Made by a program: the position numbers and the translations under genes. Of a stretch of DNA of 37,136 nt, positions 15,612 to 23,939 are shown one piece after another. The notes below the pieces were generated by a model. That model ran no database searches. It was given only the letters and a program-made list of their open reading frames with translations, and was not told the origin of the DNA. The stretch is taken from contig CAZKBE010000003.1 of assembly GCA_964551115.1 (NCBI GenBank), positions 1-37,136 of the forward strand, read 5' to 3'. Position 1 is the first letter of the stretch, and the number at the start of each line of letters is the position of its first letter. Origin of the DNA: Candidatus Woesearchaeota archaeon (lineage in GTDB: Archaea; Nanobdellota; Nanobdellia; Pacearchaeales; GW2011-AR1).

Positions 15612-17623
15612 ATCTTCACAAGGACATAACTGTCCTCCTTTAATTTAATTTCATTATTTATTACAAAATCACTAGAAGAATCAGAAGCAATAACATTTCC
15701 CGCACCAAGTGTGGATAAACCTTTTCTAACATTTCCAAGTAAACTAAATGTATCATTTTTATATTTCCACATATAACCATCATCCGTATATCTATCATTT
15801 ATATTTATATTCGCTCCACAATCGCCAATAGAAGTACAAATGGCATTTACTTTCATTGCCCAATCCTTTTTAGGAACTAAACTATATGATTTACTACTAG
15901 ATTTAGGTTTTTCTGCCCACTCAAGACACTCACTACTAACACTTACTTTCCCAGAAGAATTAATCATCTTATGGTCGTAAGATTTTTTAGCTAAAAGATC
16001 CATCTCCTCTGTTATAATAATCTTAACCTCGCAATTTGCAGAAGCCATAGCACAACTACCCTGATTTTCCCAAAACTTGCTTCCCGGAGGAATCATTGGA
16101 ACACAAAGTCCTCCTTCTTCTGATTCAGTCTTATTAAATTTAGAAACTTTATTTAAAATATCATAATCTATTTCCCACTGGCCTTTACCTGATCCAACTA
16201 AACTAGAAATAGCAGCACCTGCAACCATAGTACCTGAAGTAGGATTAGTATTTAGAGAATTAACTAAAGGAGCAGCAGTATTCATTAATTGCACAGTCTG
16301 ATCAGTTTGAGAAGGCGAACTAGATGGGTTACTAAATCCTATATTAGCATTAGGATTAGATAAACTACTTTGTTGTCCCCCTGTTTGAAAATTTAAACCA
16401 TCTACATTTTCTGTCCAAATACAATCTCTTTGATCAATATTTTCACAATCCCTTTTTCTGGTCTGAGCAGAACAATCCTGATATCGATTAACTCTACAAG
16501 CGGCTGTTGAAAACTCCCCTTCAGTAGTTGAAATTCCTGAATGAATACAAATCTGATTTCTAAAATCTCCACAAGGATCTGTAAGAACTTCCCCATCAAC
16601 ACAAATCTGCCTAAAATGTCTAGAACCAACTTCTTCAAAACCCTTGCCAGGTTCAATATCATAAACGCACCAACTTTCCCCATTTAATCTAGCCTTTCCA
16701 TCCATATCGGTACAACTTGTTTTTTTACAAATATAATCTCCAAATTTAGGAGCTCCAAAAAGACCTGACTTTTCAGCACATCGAGAACCAAGTAAATAAT
16801 CGCAATTTCCACAATCTCTGGAGTCTCCTGTTCTTGCACAAATTTCATCAGGTGATGTAACTCTTCCCTCATTCCAAGAAGCATCTTTATCAGAACTATA
16901 TACATTTTCGCGATTACCTTTATCGTCAAACCAATAAACTTTACCCTGATAACAATCAGTCTTAGCCTGTCTAGCGCTATCTGTGTTTAACTCTTCTGCA
17001 GAACAAAGCATATCTTTAAAGAATTTTTTACCTAACTCTTGTTCAAAAATAGAAGTGTTTACATTCAAAGCAATAATTCCATCTTCAGCACCACACTCAC
17101 CTCGCGTAGAAAATTTACAAGTATTTACTCCGCTAGCAGTATAGGTTACACAAGCTCCTTTATCCGCGCTATTAGCTAAAGCAATACATTGGCTTTCAGA
17201 AGTAACTGATGGACGATAATCCATCTCAATTCCAAAACTAGTTGATAATCTTTTACATCTAACAAGCGGAACAAAAGCCGCTTGATCGGAAATTATACAA
17301 CATCCAAGATTACATTGTGAAAGTTCAGATGCTTTTTTCTCACTCCAAGAACCCCCACTTTCAGTACAAACCTTCTGAGGAACACTTTCCATACAAATTC
17401 CTTCATCAGAATCATAACAAGTCCCAAGTTTACAAAAACTTGTAGACTCACACGAAGTCGAAGCAACCTTAAAGGCTGGATCACATTGATTTTCTTCAAG
17501 ATTCAAACAAACTCCTCCACTTATAGATTGCTCACAGCAAACAGAAGGAGTAGAAATAATCGCAGAAGACAAACCAATTAATAAAAATAGTCCAAAAGTT
17601 AAAAATAAAAAATTAAATCTCAT
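15608..17623 (-). CDS. secreted Cys-rich protein (671 aa from ATG 17623); N-terminal module of split giant, cassette 2
   Basis: Signal peptide MRFNFLFLTFGLFLLIGLSSA. About 39 Cys by my count. Blocks shared with the cassette-1 giant include CNLGCC, CGNCDYLLGSRC and GESWCVYDIEPGKGFEEVGSRHFRQIC. The ORF-track start at 17647 is TTG. ATG 17623 has GGAGGT 8 nt upstream and forms TAATG with the adaptor stop. Confidence 0.8.
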   Translation of the reverse strand: MRFNFLFLTFGLFLLIGLSSAIISTPSVCCEQSISGGVCLNLEENQCDPAFKVASTSCESTSFCKLGTCYDSDEGICMESVPQKVCTESGGSWSEKKASELSQCNLGCCIISDQAAFVPLVRCKRLSTSFGIEMDYRPSVTSESQCIALANSADKGACVTYTASGVNTCKFSTRGECGAEDGIIALNVNTSIFEQELGKKFFKDMLCSAEELNTDSARQAKTDCYQGKVYWFDDKGNRENVYSSDKDASWNEGRVTSPDEICARTGDSRDCGNCDYLLGSRCAEKSGLFGAPKFGDYICKKTSCTDMDGKARLNGESWCVYDIEPGKGFEEVGSRHFRQICVDGEVLTDPCGDFRNQICIHSGISTTEGEFSTAACRVNRYQDCSAQTRKRDCENIDQRDCIWTENVDGLNFQTGGQQSSLSNPNANIGFSNPSSSPSQTDQTVQLMNTAAPLVNSLNTNPTSGTMVAGAAISSLVGSGKGQWEIDYDILNKVSKFNKTESEEGGLCVPMIPPGSKFWENQGSCAMASANCEVKIIITEEMDLLAKKSYDHKMINSSGKVSVSSECLEWAEKPKSSSKSYSLVPKKDWAMKVNAICTSIGDCGANININDRYTDDGYMWKYKNDTFSLLGNVRKGLSTLGAGNVIASDSSSDFVINNEIKLKEDSYVLVKI

Positions 17624-18381
17624 TAGATATAACCTCCTGCCGGCCAAGGAAAGCTCTTGACAGAAAACTGATAGACAATATCTTCATTCTTTTCAGTTAA
17701 TGTATAAACCTTAATTTCTCCATCAATTCTTTGTTTATCTATAATAATATTAGGATAATAAAACATCTGAGTAGTCTGTTCACTATCTCCATAATATGTC
17801 TCAAATTGTATCAAGGAAGTTGCAACCATCAATAACTCATATAAATTAGTTTTATAAGTATATTTATACTTCTGTGTAAGAGTTGTTCCTAAACCGCTAG
17901 AAGCAGTTAAAGGTGCATCAAGTTTTATAACAACCCCCATAGGTTCAATAGAAATATCAAATTTAGCCGTACCTTTAGATACCTCATACCCTCTTCTAAC
18001 TAAATCACTTACAGCAGAGTCATAACACGCTTGAAACTCAGATTTCAAAATATTTGCCAAAGAATCCTCAAAAACATTTGTTAAAATAGGCGCTTGGTTC
18101 ACACAAGGAGTATAATAATCGTCAGTATAACACAAGAAGGTATAATTATTTCCCCCATACATGTGATTAAATTTAGGTCTTATAACTCCGGCAGTTAAAG
18201 CCAATTTTTTTATCTCAACATCTAATGATTTAGAAATACAACTTTCAAGAACAGGTACACCAGAATCTGAAGAAAAACCCCCAAGATTATAAAAATAAAA
18301 TAAAACACCAATAGCAACCACTAAAAGTATCGCTAGAACTATAAACAAAGTCAACTGCCCCCTTTTATCTTTCTTCACCAT
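17623..18381 (-). CDS. class III signal peptide adaptor protein, cassette 2 (252 aa)
   Basis: N-terminus MVKKDKRGQLTLFIVLAILLVVAIG. FLCYTDDYYTPCVNQAPIL is shared with the cassette-1 adaptor (FLCYSTEFYSPCIPQNPLL). Confidence 0.75.
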   Translation of the reverse strand: MVKKDKRGQLTLFIVLAILLVVAIGVLFYFYNLGGFSSDSGVPVLESCISKSLDVEIKKLALTAGVIRPKFNHMYGGNNYTFLCYTDDYYTPCVNQAPILTNVFEDSLANILKSEFQACYDSAVSDLVRRGYEVSKGTAKFDISIEPMGVVIKLDAPLTASSGLGTTLTQKYKYTYKTNLYELLMVATSLIQFETYYGDSEQTTQMFYYPNIIIDKQRIDGEIKVYTLTEKNEDIVYQFSVKSFPWPAGGYI

Positions 18382-18398
18382 GTTTTTAATACATTTTT

Positions 18399-18414
18399 AG
18401 TATTTATAAATACT
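18399..18414. promoter_or_regulatory. 16-bp palindromic TATA element agtatttataaatact upstream of cassette 2
   Basis: Perfect palindrome about 25-30 nt upstream of ATG 18381, in the 45-nt gap after the cassette-1 genes. Confidence 0.45.
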
Positions 18415-18426
18415 ATTATTCCCTCA

Positions 18427-19158
18427 TTAAAGTCTCTTTATTGGTTTAATTATTGTTGAACATGATAGAGGAGTATTAAATTTCTTATCTCGGCATTTGA
18501 TAAAGTAAATTTCTAAGGGTTTAGAGTCAAAGCTATGTTCTTTTGCAAGATACTTTGGAATTGTAGAATTAAATTCAAACCCGCAACCAATGGTTTGGTT
18601 TGTCTCATACATACACTCTGCTTCTTCGTCAGTAACAAGCCGTATAGTACCGTCTAGATTCATAGCTCTCAAAACTTGCGGAACAACATCATCAAAATAA
18701 ACAGTAAAATTAAATGTTTTATTTGCTGTATTTTTTGCTTCATCTTCACATAAAACTTCAATTTCATGTTCTCCTTGTGGAAGCGTTAACAATTGAGAAT
18801 GAACTTTTCCGCCAGTTTGAAGAAAATCATTATACATATCACTATAATTTTTCATCCTAAAACTACAAACTGCATCACCTAAACAACCTGAAGTTGAAAC
18901 AGATAAAGTAAAATTCTTTTCCTCAATAAAAGTATTAGAGTTTAGTAAAGAAATATCAAGACCATTAGAACAAACATTTATTTTATAATTTGTACTTATA
19001 AAATTAGCATTTCTAGGGTAATTTTCAGTCTCTTCTAAACCTACTTGATCCTTACATCTAAAATAAAGATTATTTTGTCCAATAGTTAAATTTCCTAAAG
19101 TAGCAAAACAACTCCATTCTCCAAAGTATGCCGAGTTCTCATCAGTTATACAAAACAT
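18427..19158 (-). CDS. C-terminal fragment (243 aa) of the cassette-1 giant protein, separated by a tandem duplication
   Basis: Its first 102 aa (MFCITDENS...CSFRM) are identical to the last in-frame residues of the 19167-22817 ORF. The remaining 141 aa align with the C-terminus of the 722-aa paralog (YFIKCRDKKFN versus FYVKCRDEFRN). It has no signal peptide of its own. Confidence 0.7.
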   Translation of the reverse strand: MFCITDENSAYFGEWSCFATLGNLTIGQNNLYFRCKDQVGLEETENYPRNANFISTNYKINVCSNGLDISLLNSNTFIEEKNFTLSVSTSGCLGDAVCSFRMKNYSDMYNDFLQTGGKVHSQLLTLPQGEHEIEVLCEDEAKNTANKTFNFTVYFDDVVPQVLRAMNLDGTIRLVTDEEAECMYETNQTIGCGFEFNSTIPKYLAKEHSFDSKPLEIYFIKCRDKKFNTPLSCSTIIKPIKRL

Positions 19159-19516
19159 TTGATGCCTTAATTCATCATATCCATCCTAAAACTACAAACT
19201 GCATCACCTAAACAACCTGAAGTTGAAACAGATAAAGTAAAATTCTTTTCCTCAATAAAAGTATTAGAGTTTAGTAAAGAAATATCAAGACCATTAGAAC
19301 AAACATTTATTTTATAATTTGTACTTATAAAATTAGCATTTCTAGGGTAATTTTCAGTCTCTTCTAAACCTACTTGATCCTTACATCTAAAATAAAGATT
19401 ATTTTGTCCAATAGTTAAATTTCCTAAAGTAGCAAAACAACTCCATTCTCCAAAGTATGCCGAGTTCTCATCAGTTATACAAAACATTTGATGCCTTAAT
19501 TCATCATATCCATCCT
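18853..19516. repeat. perfect 329-bp tandem direct duplication with 6-bp junction homology (catcct)
   Basis: 18853-19181 and 19182-19510 were compared base by base and are identical. catcct recurs at 18853, 19182 and 19511. Confidence 0.95.
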
Positions 19517-22500
19517 TACCCGAAGGAACATCATACTCATAATCAAATCTACACTCGGCCGGCTCATTTAAATATAAAATTAAATCAGAAGAATTTGATC
19601 CTTGTTTTAAATAAGAGTTAGTTTCTGGAGAAAATCTTCTTATTTCTGGCGGAGTCAAATCAGGTCCATCTTTTGTTTTTATTTGAACCACAAATTCAGC
19701 TTCATTTATCTGTCCAGCAAAATTCATACATCTGATATAATATTCATTTTCTTCTCCTTGAACGAGTCCTAGAGTTGAAGCCGAGCCGGCTGAAAAAGCA
19801 TTTAACTCCGCTTGATGATGTGTCCCTTCAGCTTTTCCAGTATCAGGATTAATAGAAGAAAACATTTCATATTTCATCTGAGAATAATCAGAAGTGTGTT
19901 CTGAATCTATTCTACAACTTGCAGGTTTATCTGTAATAATTCCAAAAGTCAAAGAAGTCCAAGCCGCAACTCCTTGACCAAGAGAACCTTCAATTCTAAA
20001 TCCATTATCCCTTACGGAAGAATATTCATTTCCTGGGCTAATAACTTCTTGCCAAGGCTTAATTTGTGCAGACCATATTTCATTTACAGAAGCACAATAA
20101 CCCGGTTCTCCATTCTCAATAAAATATTGACATCTTTGACCAAGAGACTTACATCTATATTCTGAACAAGGTCTAACATCGTTATTACATAAATCACAAT
20201 CTCCGATCTTTGGAGGCTGCCATGCTTCACAATTAAATTGCATAATGAAGTATTCTTGTTCATCATAGGAATTAAAGAATGCTTCATAAATTATATAGAT
20301 GATTGCAACGATTAATCCAACAGCCCCGAGTGAGGCCATAGAAAAAAAACTAGAACTGAATAGTGTTCCAAAGCTCGCACCTAAGGAAGTAGTTCCAAGA
20401 GTACTAGCTGCAACATTTACACCAACGGCATAACCAATAGCTCCCCCAACAGCTCCCATTAATTGCACAAAAGCCTGGGATTCTCCAGGACTCCAATCTT
20501 GATTTTTTGCAATTAAACCTCCTATTTGTCCGCCAAGGTAAGAACCAGCAATCGAAAAACCAACAGTAATGCCTGCAGATTTTAAACCTTGCAAGACATT
20601 AGATCCCATTGAAGTAGTTGGAGTTGGAGTTGGAGTTGAAGGACCATAAATAGGAGTAGTCGCCGGACCCGTTCCACCAAAATTATGTTGTATCCCTATT
20701 ACCTGTACACCGCCCACTCCCAAACTATTTACACCAGAAGAAAGAGAACCTACACTACTTGCTGCACTAAACCATCCCATACTCGCACCAAGGGTTAAAC
20801 CACCTAAAGTTAACGGACCAGCAAGGCCCATAAAATCATTGTATGATTCACCACCGGAATAGACATTCGCACCTCCAGCCATATCTTTTAAATCAACAAC
20901 ACCGCCTGAAACTTCCCCCATTGTTCCGGCAGTATCTGCATCACTAGCCATTAAATTCCCTGAAGAAGACTTGATCTGATCAAGTTTAGCCAAAACAGGT
21001 GTTACGCTTTTAATAGAATTTATATATGTAGAAGAAAGGACATAAGCAGAAGAATTATAGTCTTCATGAGTTTTTCCTTTACTATCAATCTTAACTCTTT
21101 CAACAGAAAAACCCGGGTAATCTTCATTTACAAAACCCTGAAGATTAGTTGAAACACCACAGCTTCCAAGGGATCTACAACGTTCATTCATCGCAGCAAG
21201 CAAAGCAGGTAAATCCTTTCCTTCTATTGCAGAATGAACGCCATTAATATTACATTCCCAATTAAGACGATTATCTTCCCAAGAATCACAACCACCTAAA
21301 AGAGTACACTCTCGATTTATCTGACTAACACAAGTAAAACTCCCTAAACTACAAACAGCATTTGTTTCTTCATTACTTCCCCCATAATTCGCAGAAGACT
21401 TCTGTTGTTTACCAGAACCGACGATAGAACCAGTTGTTGTCCAAAATTGAAATCCGGGGGTAAATTTTGGAACACAGTGAGCTAAGACCTTATTCTGATC
21501 TTTTCCTAAATCACCAATTGATCCCTGTTCGGCATTTGTTTTTTCAGGATCAAAACCTGCTAAGAATTCATTATCGCTTCTTTTCAAATTATCTTCCCCA
21601 TATAGATCATTAAACATAATACACTGAGGATTTTCATCACAGTTTTTCTTAACTTCTGAATAAGATTCTGCATCATTTGCATTAATACAGCTCCGCCAAT
21701 CATTAACTAAACATTTTGCTTCAGTAAAACCAAAAGAAGTATCAGTACTCTGTGCACAGATTTCTTGACCAAAATCAGCACAACCTTCAAGAGAAACTTG
21801 CCCTTCAAAACAATTTGCTAAAAAATGTCTAGAACCAACAGGCGCAACACCTGCTAAAGGATTAAAATCATAAACACACCAGCTTTCTCCATGCTTTCTT
21901 TCCCCACAATGTAAACTCTTACAAGTATAATCTCCATAAGTAGGTTTTGTTGTAACTCCTTGTTCATGTTCAACACAAATGCTTCCTTGTAAATATTCAC
22001 AATTCCCGCAACTAGCGTCTTCATTAGCACAAGAATCTTTTGGATCAATTGGTCTTTCCCAATAACTCTGATCGTTAATTTTAGAAGAATCATAAACATT
22101 GGCAACATTTCCACAACTATCTAAAAAATAAACTTGGTCTTTACCATCCACACAAGTTGTTTCTCTAGACTTCTGACAAACAGTATTAAGTTCAGTAGAA
22201 GTACACAAATAATTTTCTTTAAAATCTCCGCCCTGACAATTTTTCCTAGTTGTAAAAACACATTTTTTCTCCCCAGAGTAATCTCCTGAATCGCTTAAAC
22301 ATGCTCCTTGTTCTTCAAGACCTGTATATTTCTCGCAACTTTCGCCAGGAGAGATTGAAATAAAATTCTTCTCAAAATTAAATTGATTTGAAAGCAAAGT
22401 ACATTCACGAGAATTTGTCAATGAAACCTGATCACCCATAACACAACAACCAAGCTGACATTGAGGGATATTACAAGAAGCATCACTTGACCAATTTCCC

Positions 22501-22817
22501 CCATTAGAAATACACTTATCCTTGGGAGCTCGCATAGAACAAGAACCAGTATCAACGCCATAACAACAACCAAGTTGACATTGATCAACCACATTACATC
22601 CGGTTCCAATTAAAGAATCTTTACATAGATCAGACTGAAATAGAGGGATATCCTGGCAAATTGCTCCTTCTTTAGTCTCTAAACAACAACCCTTTGGACC
22701 TTCATCCTGAGCAGAAACTAAAGGAGTGGAATCCGGAGAAATTAAATAAGCAAAAGAAAAAGTTGCAAATAACATAATACTTAATTCAAATAACCCAATT
22801 AACTTCTTAGTTCTCAT
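19167..22817 (-). CDS. giant secreted Cys-rich membrane-embedded surface protein, cassette 1 (N-terminal 1216 aa, truncated by a frameshift at the duplication)
   Basis: Signal peptide MRTKKLIGLFELSIMLFATFSFAYL. Triple CQLGCC-type Cys knots. PSTPTPTPTT linker, then a Gly-rich hydrophobic block. FNCEAWQPPKIGDCDLCNNDVRPCSEYRCKSLGQRC follows. GGGGTG lies 5 nt upstream of ATG 22817; the ORF-track start at 22844 is TTG. The ORF ends ...CSFRM-DMMN* at the duplication junction. Confidence 0.8.
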   Translation of the reverse strand: MRTKKLIGLFELSIMLFATFSFAYLISPDSTPLVSAQDEGPKGCCLETKEGAICQDIPLFQSDLCKDSLIGTGCNVVDQCQLGCCYGVDTGSCSMRAPKDKCISNGGNWSSDASCNIPQCQLGCCVMGDQVSLTNSRECTLLSNQFNFEKNFISISPGESCEKYTGLEEQGACLSDSGDYSGEKKCVFTTRKNCQGGDFKENYLCTSTELNTVCQKSRETTCVDGKDQVYFLDSCGNVANVYDSSKINDQSYWERPIDPKDSCANEDASCGNCEYLQGSICVEHEQGVTTKPTYGDYTCKSLHCGERKHGESWCVYDFNPLAGVAPVGSRHFLANCFEGQVSLEGCADFGQEICAQSTDTSFGFTEAKCLVNDWRSCINANDAESYSEVKKNCDENPQCIMFNDLYGEDNLKRSDNEFLAGFDPEKTNAEQGSIGDLGKDQNKVLAHCVPKFTPGFQFWTTTGSIVGSGKQQKSSANYGGSNEETNAVCSLGSFTCVSQINRECTLLGGCDSWEDNRLNWECNINGVHSAIEGKDLPALLAAMNERCRSLGSCGVSTNLQGFVNEDYPGFSVERVKIDSKGKTHEDYNSSAYVLSSTYINSIKSVTPVLAKLDQIKSSSGNLMASDADTAGTMGEVSGGVVDLKDMAGGANVYSGGESYNDFMGLAGPLTLGGLTLGASMGWFSAASSVGSLSSGVNSLGVGGVQVIGIQHNFGGTGPATTPIYGPSTPTPTPTTSMGSNVLQGLKSAGITVGFSIAGSYLGGQIGGLIAKNQDWSPGESQAFVQLMGAVGGAIGYAVGVNVAASTLGTTSLGASFGTLFSSSFFSMASLGAVGLIVAIIYIIYEAFFNSYDEQEYFIMQFNCEAWQPPKIGDCDLCNNDVRPCSEYRCKSLGQRCQYFIENGEPGYCASVNEIWSAQIKPWQEVISPGNEYSSVRDNGFRIEGSLGQGVAAWTSLTFGIITDKPASCRIDSEHTSDYSQMKYEMFSSINPDTGKAEGTHHQAELNAFSAGSASTLGLVQGEENEYYIRCMNFAGQINEAEFVVQIKTKDGPDLTPPEIRRFSPETNSYLKQGSNSSDLILYLNEPAECRFDYEYDVPSGKDGYDELRHQMFCITDENSAYFGEWSCFATLGNLTIGQNNLYFRCKDQVGLEETENYPRNANFISTNYKINVCSNGLDISLLNSNTFIEEKNFTLSVSTSGCLGDAVCSFRMDMMN

Positions 22818-22819
22818 AA

Positions 22820-23593
22820 TTACACCCCTGCCGGCAAAACGCAAGTTCGTATTGCAAATTTAATTTCATTATCAAAACCCCTCAAACCAACACTATAAAC
22901 CTTTGTTTGGTCTCCTCCCCGATTACGTGTAATCACAAGATCCCTATTTATCGCCTGCCAAGTCATATGATTAAACTCACAAAAGACAGACTCGTAATTA
23001 ACAATAGTTTCAGCAGTTCTAAGTAATTTAGGTAAACTACTAGGATAATTACCCGATCGTGTTGAAATTAATATAGATTCATCTCCGCGATCCATTCTTA
23101 TAGAAGTCTTAGCATCATAAGAAATATCTAATTCATTAAAGGTTAAAGACAGTGTAAAACTAGAATATTCAAAAGAATAACCCTTATTTTCATAATCTTC
23201 CTTAAGGGTTAAAATACATCTGGATAATTCACGAGAAACATAATTTTCCATATTTTTTCTTACAGACTCGATTAATAAAGGATTTTGAGGAATACAAGGA
23301 GAATAAAATTCAGTAGAATAACATAAAAAAGGCATGGATTGTAAATTATACTTATATAATAGTGAACTGCCTCCAAGGGATGAAAAAGACTTAAAAAATT
23401 CCTCTTCAGAATCGGCTATCGCTTTTTCAATACAAGTAGAAATATATTCTGCAGGAGAAGAAGTCTTTTGTCTAAAGGGATTTAATTCATTTTTAGACAT
23501 AGTAAAAAAGAATATAATAGCTACAACAAGTATTATGCCCAAAATCACAAATAAAGTTAATTGGGCTTTCCTTGAAAAGATCACAACATCCAT
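22820..23593 (-). CDS. class III signal peptide adaptor protein, cassette 1 (257 aa)
   Basis: N-terminus MDVVIFSRKAQLTLFVILGIILVVAIIFF. Core shared with the cassette-2 adaptor. The stop lies 2 nt before the giant gene's ATG. Confidence 0.75.
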   Translation of the reverse strand: MDVVIFSRKAQLTLFVILGIILVVAIIFFFTMSKNELNPFRQKTSSPAEYISTCIEKAIADSEEEFFKSFSSLGGSSLLYKYNLQSMPFLCYSTEFYSPCIPQNPLLIESVRKNMENYVSRELSRCILTLKEDYENKGYSFEYSSFTLSLTFNELDISYDAKTSIRMDRGDESILISTRSGNYPSSLPKLLRTAETIVNYESVFCEFNHMTWQAINRDLVITRNRGGDQTKVYSVGLRGFDNEIKFAIRTCVLPAGV

Positions 23594-23763
23594 AAAGTTA
23601 ACCCCTCTTTTTTAATTCTCTTTAATTTACCCTCAAGAAGAAGTTCCATTAAATACTTTTCTGCAGTATTCCAGCTTAAGTCAAATTCCCGTGCCACTTC
23701 TGAGCTAGTAACTACTACTGTTTTCTTAACAAATTCCAAGAGCTCTTTATTTTCAACCTTCAT
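23581..23763 (-). CDS. small winged-helix DNA-binding protein (60 aa), putative regulator at the head of the surface-protein operon
   Basis: ELLEFVKKTVVVTSSEVAREFDLSWNTAEKYLMELLLEGKLKRIKK has the helix-turn-helix plus wing pattern of MarR/TrmB/ArsR-type wHTH proteins. It overlaps the next gene's start by 13 nt. Confidence 0.55.
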   Translation of the reverse strand: MKVENKELLEFVKKTVVVTSSEVAREFDLSWNTAEKYLMELLLEGKLKRIKKEGLTLWML

Positions 23764-23939
23764 AACAATCTACCTATAAATAGACATAGGTAATCTATTA
23801 TGATATCTCATAGTTTATAAATGTTTCTTAATTAGAATATCTAGCCTATCAAGGTTAATTAATAAAAACATATTAATAAGACTAATACCTCCAAAGGTAT
23901 AATATTTGGAGATAGTGTCAAGGAGCACTAAGACAATTA

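Noticed and set aside
16402-17499. Same-strand, out-of-frame ORFs inside the 15608-17623 gene (16402-16683, 16684-16929, 17293-17499).
   Set aside because: They are Leu/Ile/Val/Lys-rich shadow frames of a long, well-supported ORF. They have no independent start signals and no recognisable features.
18853-19516. Whether the 329-bp repeat pair could be a diversity-generating retroelement template/variable repeat pair. DGRs are known to target surface proteins in small-genome archaea.
   Set aside because: The copies are directly adjacent and 100% identical, with no adenine-specific mismatches. No reverse transcriptase ORF is present in the window.
20084-22609. Shadow ORFs inside the cassette-1 giant gene (19974-20165 +, 20084-20287 -, 21854-22114 -, 22418-22609 -).
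   Set aside because: Same reasoning: they are nested out of frame or antisense in a gene whose product is collinear with a paralog.
22818-22844. N-terminal extensions given by the ORF track for the giant, adaptor and receiver genes (starts 22844, 17647, 12938, 4004).
   Set aside because: Each of these starts is a TTG. In every case a downstream ATG has a proper Shine-Dalgarno or TATA spacing and begins directly with the signal peptide or conserved domain.
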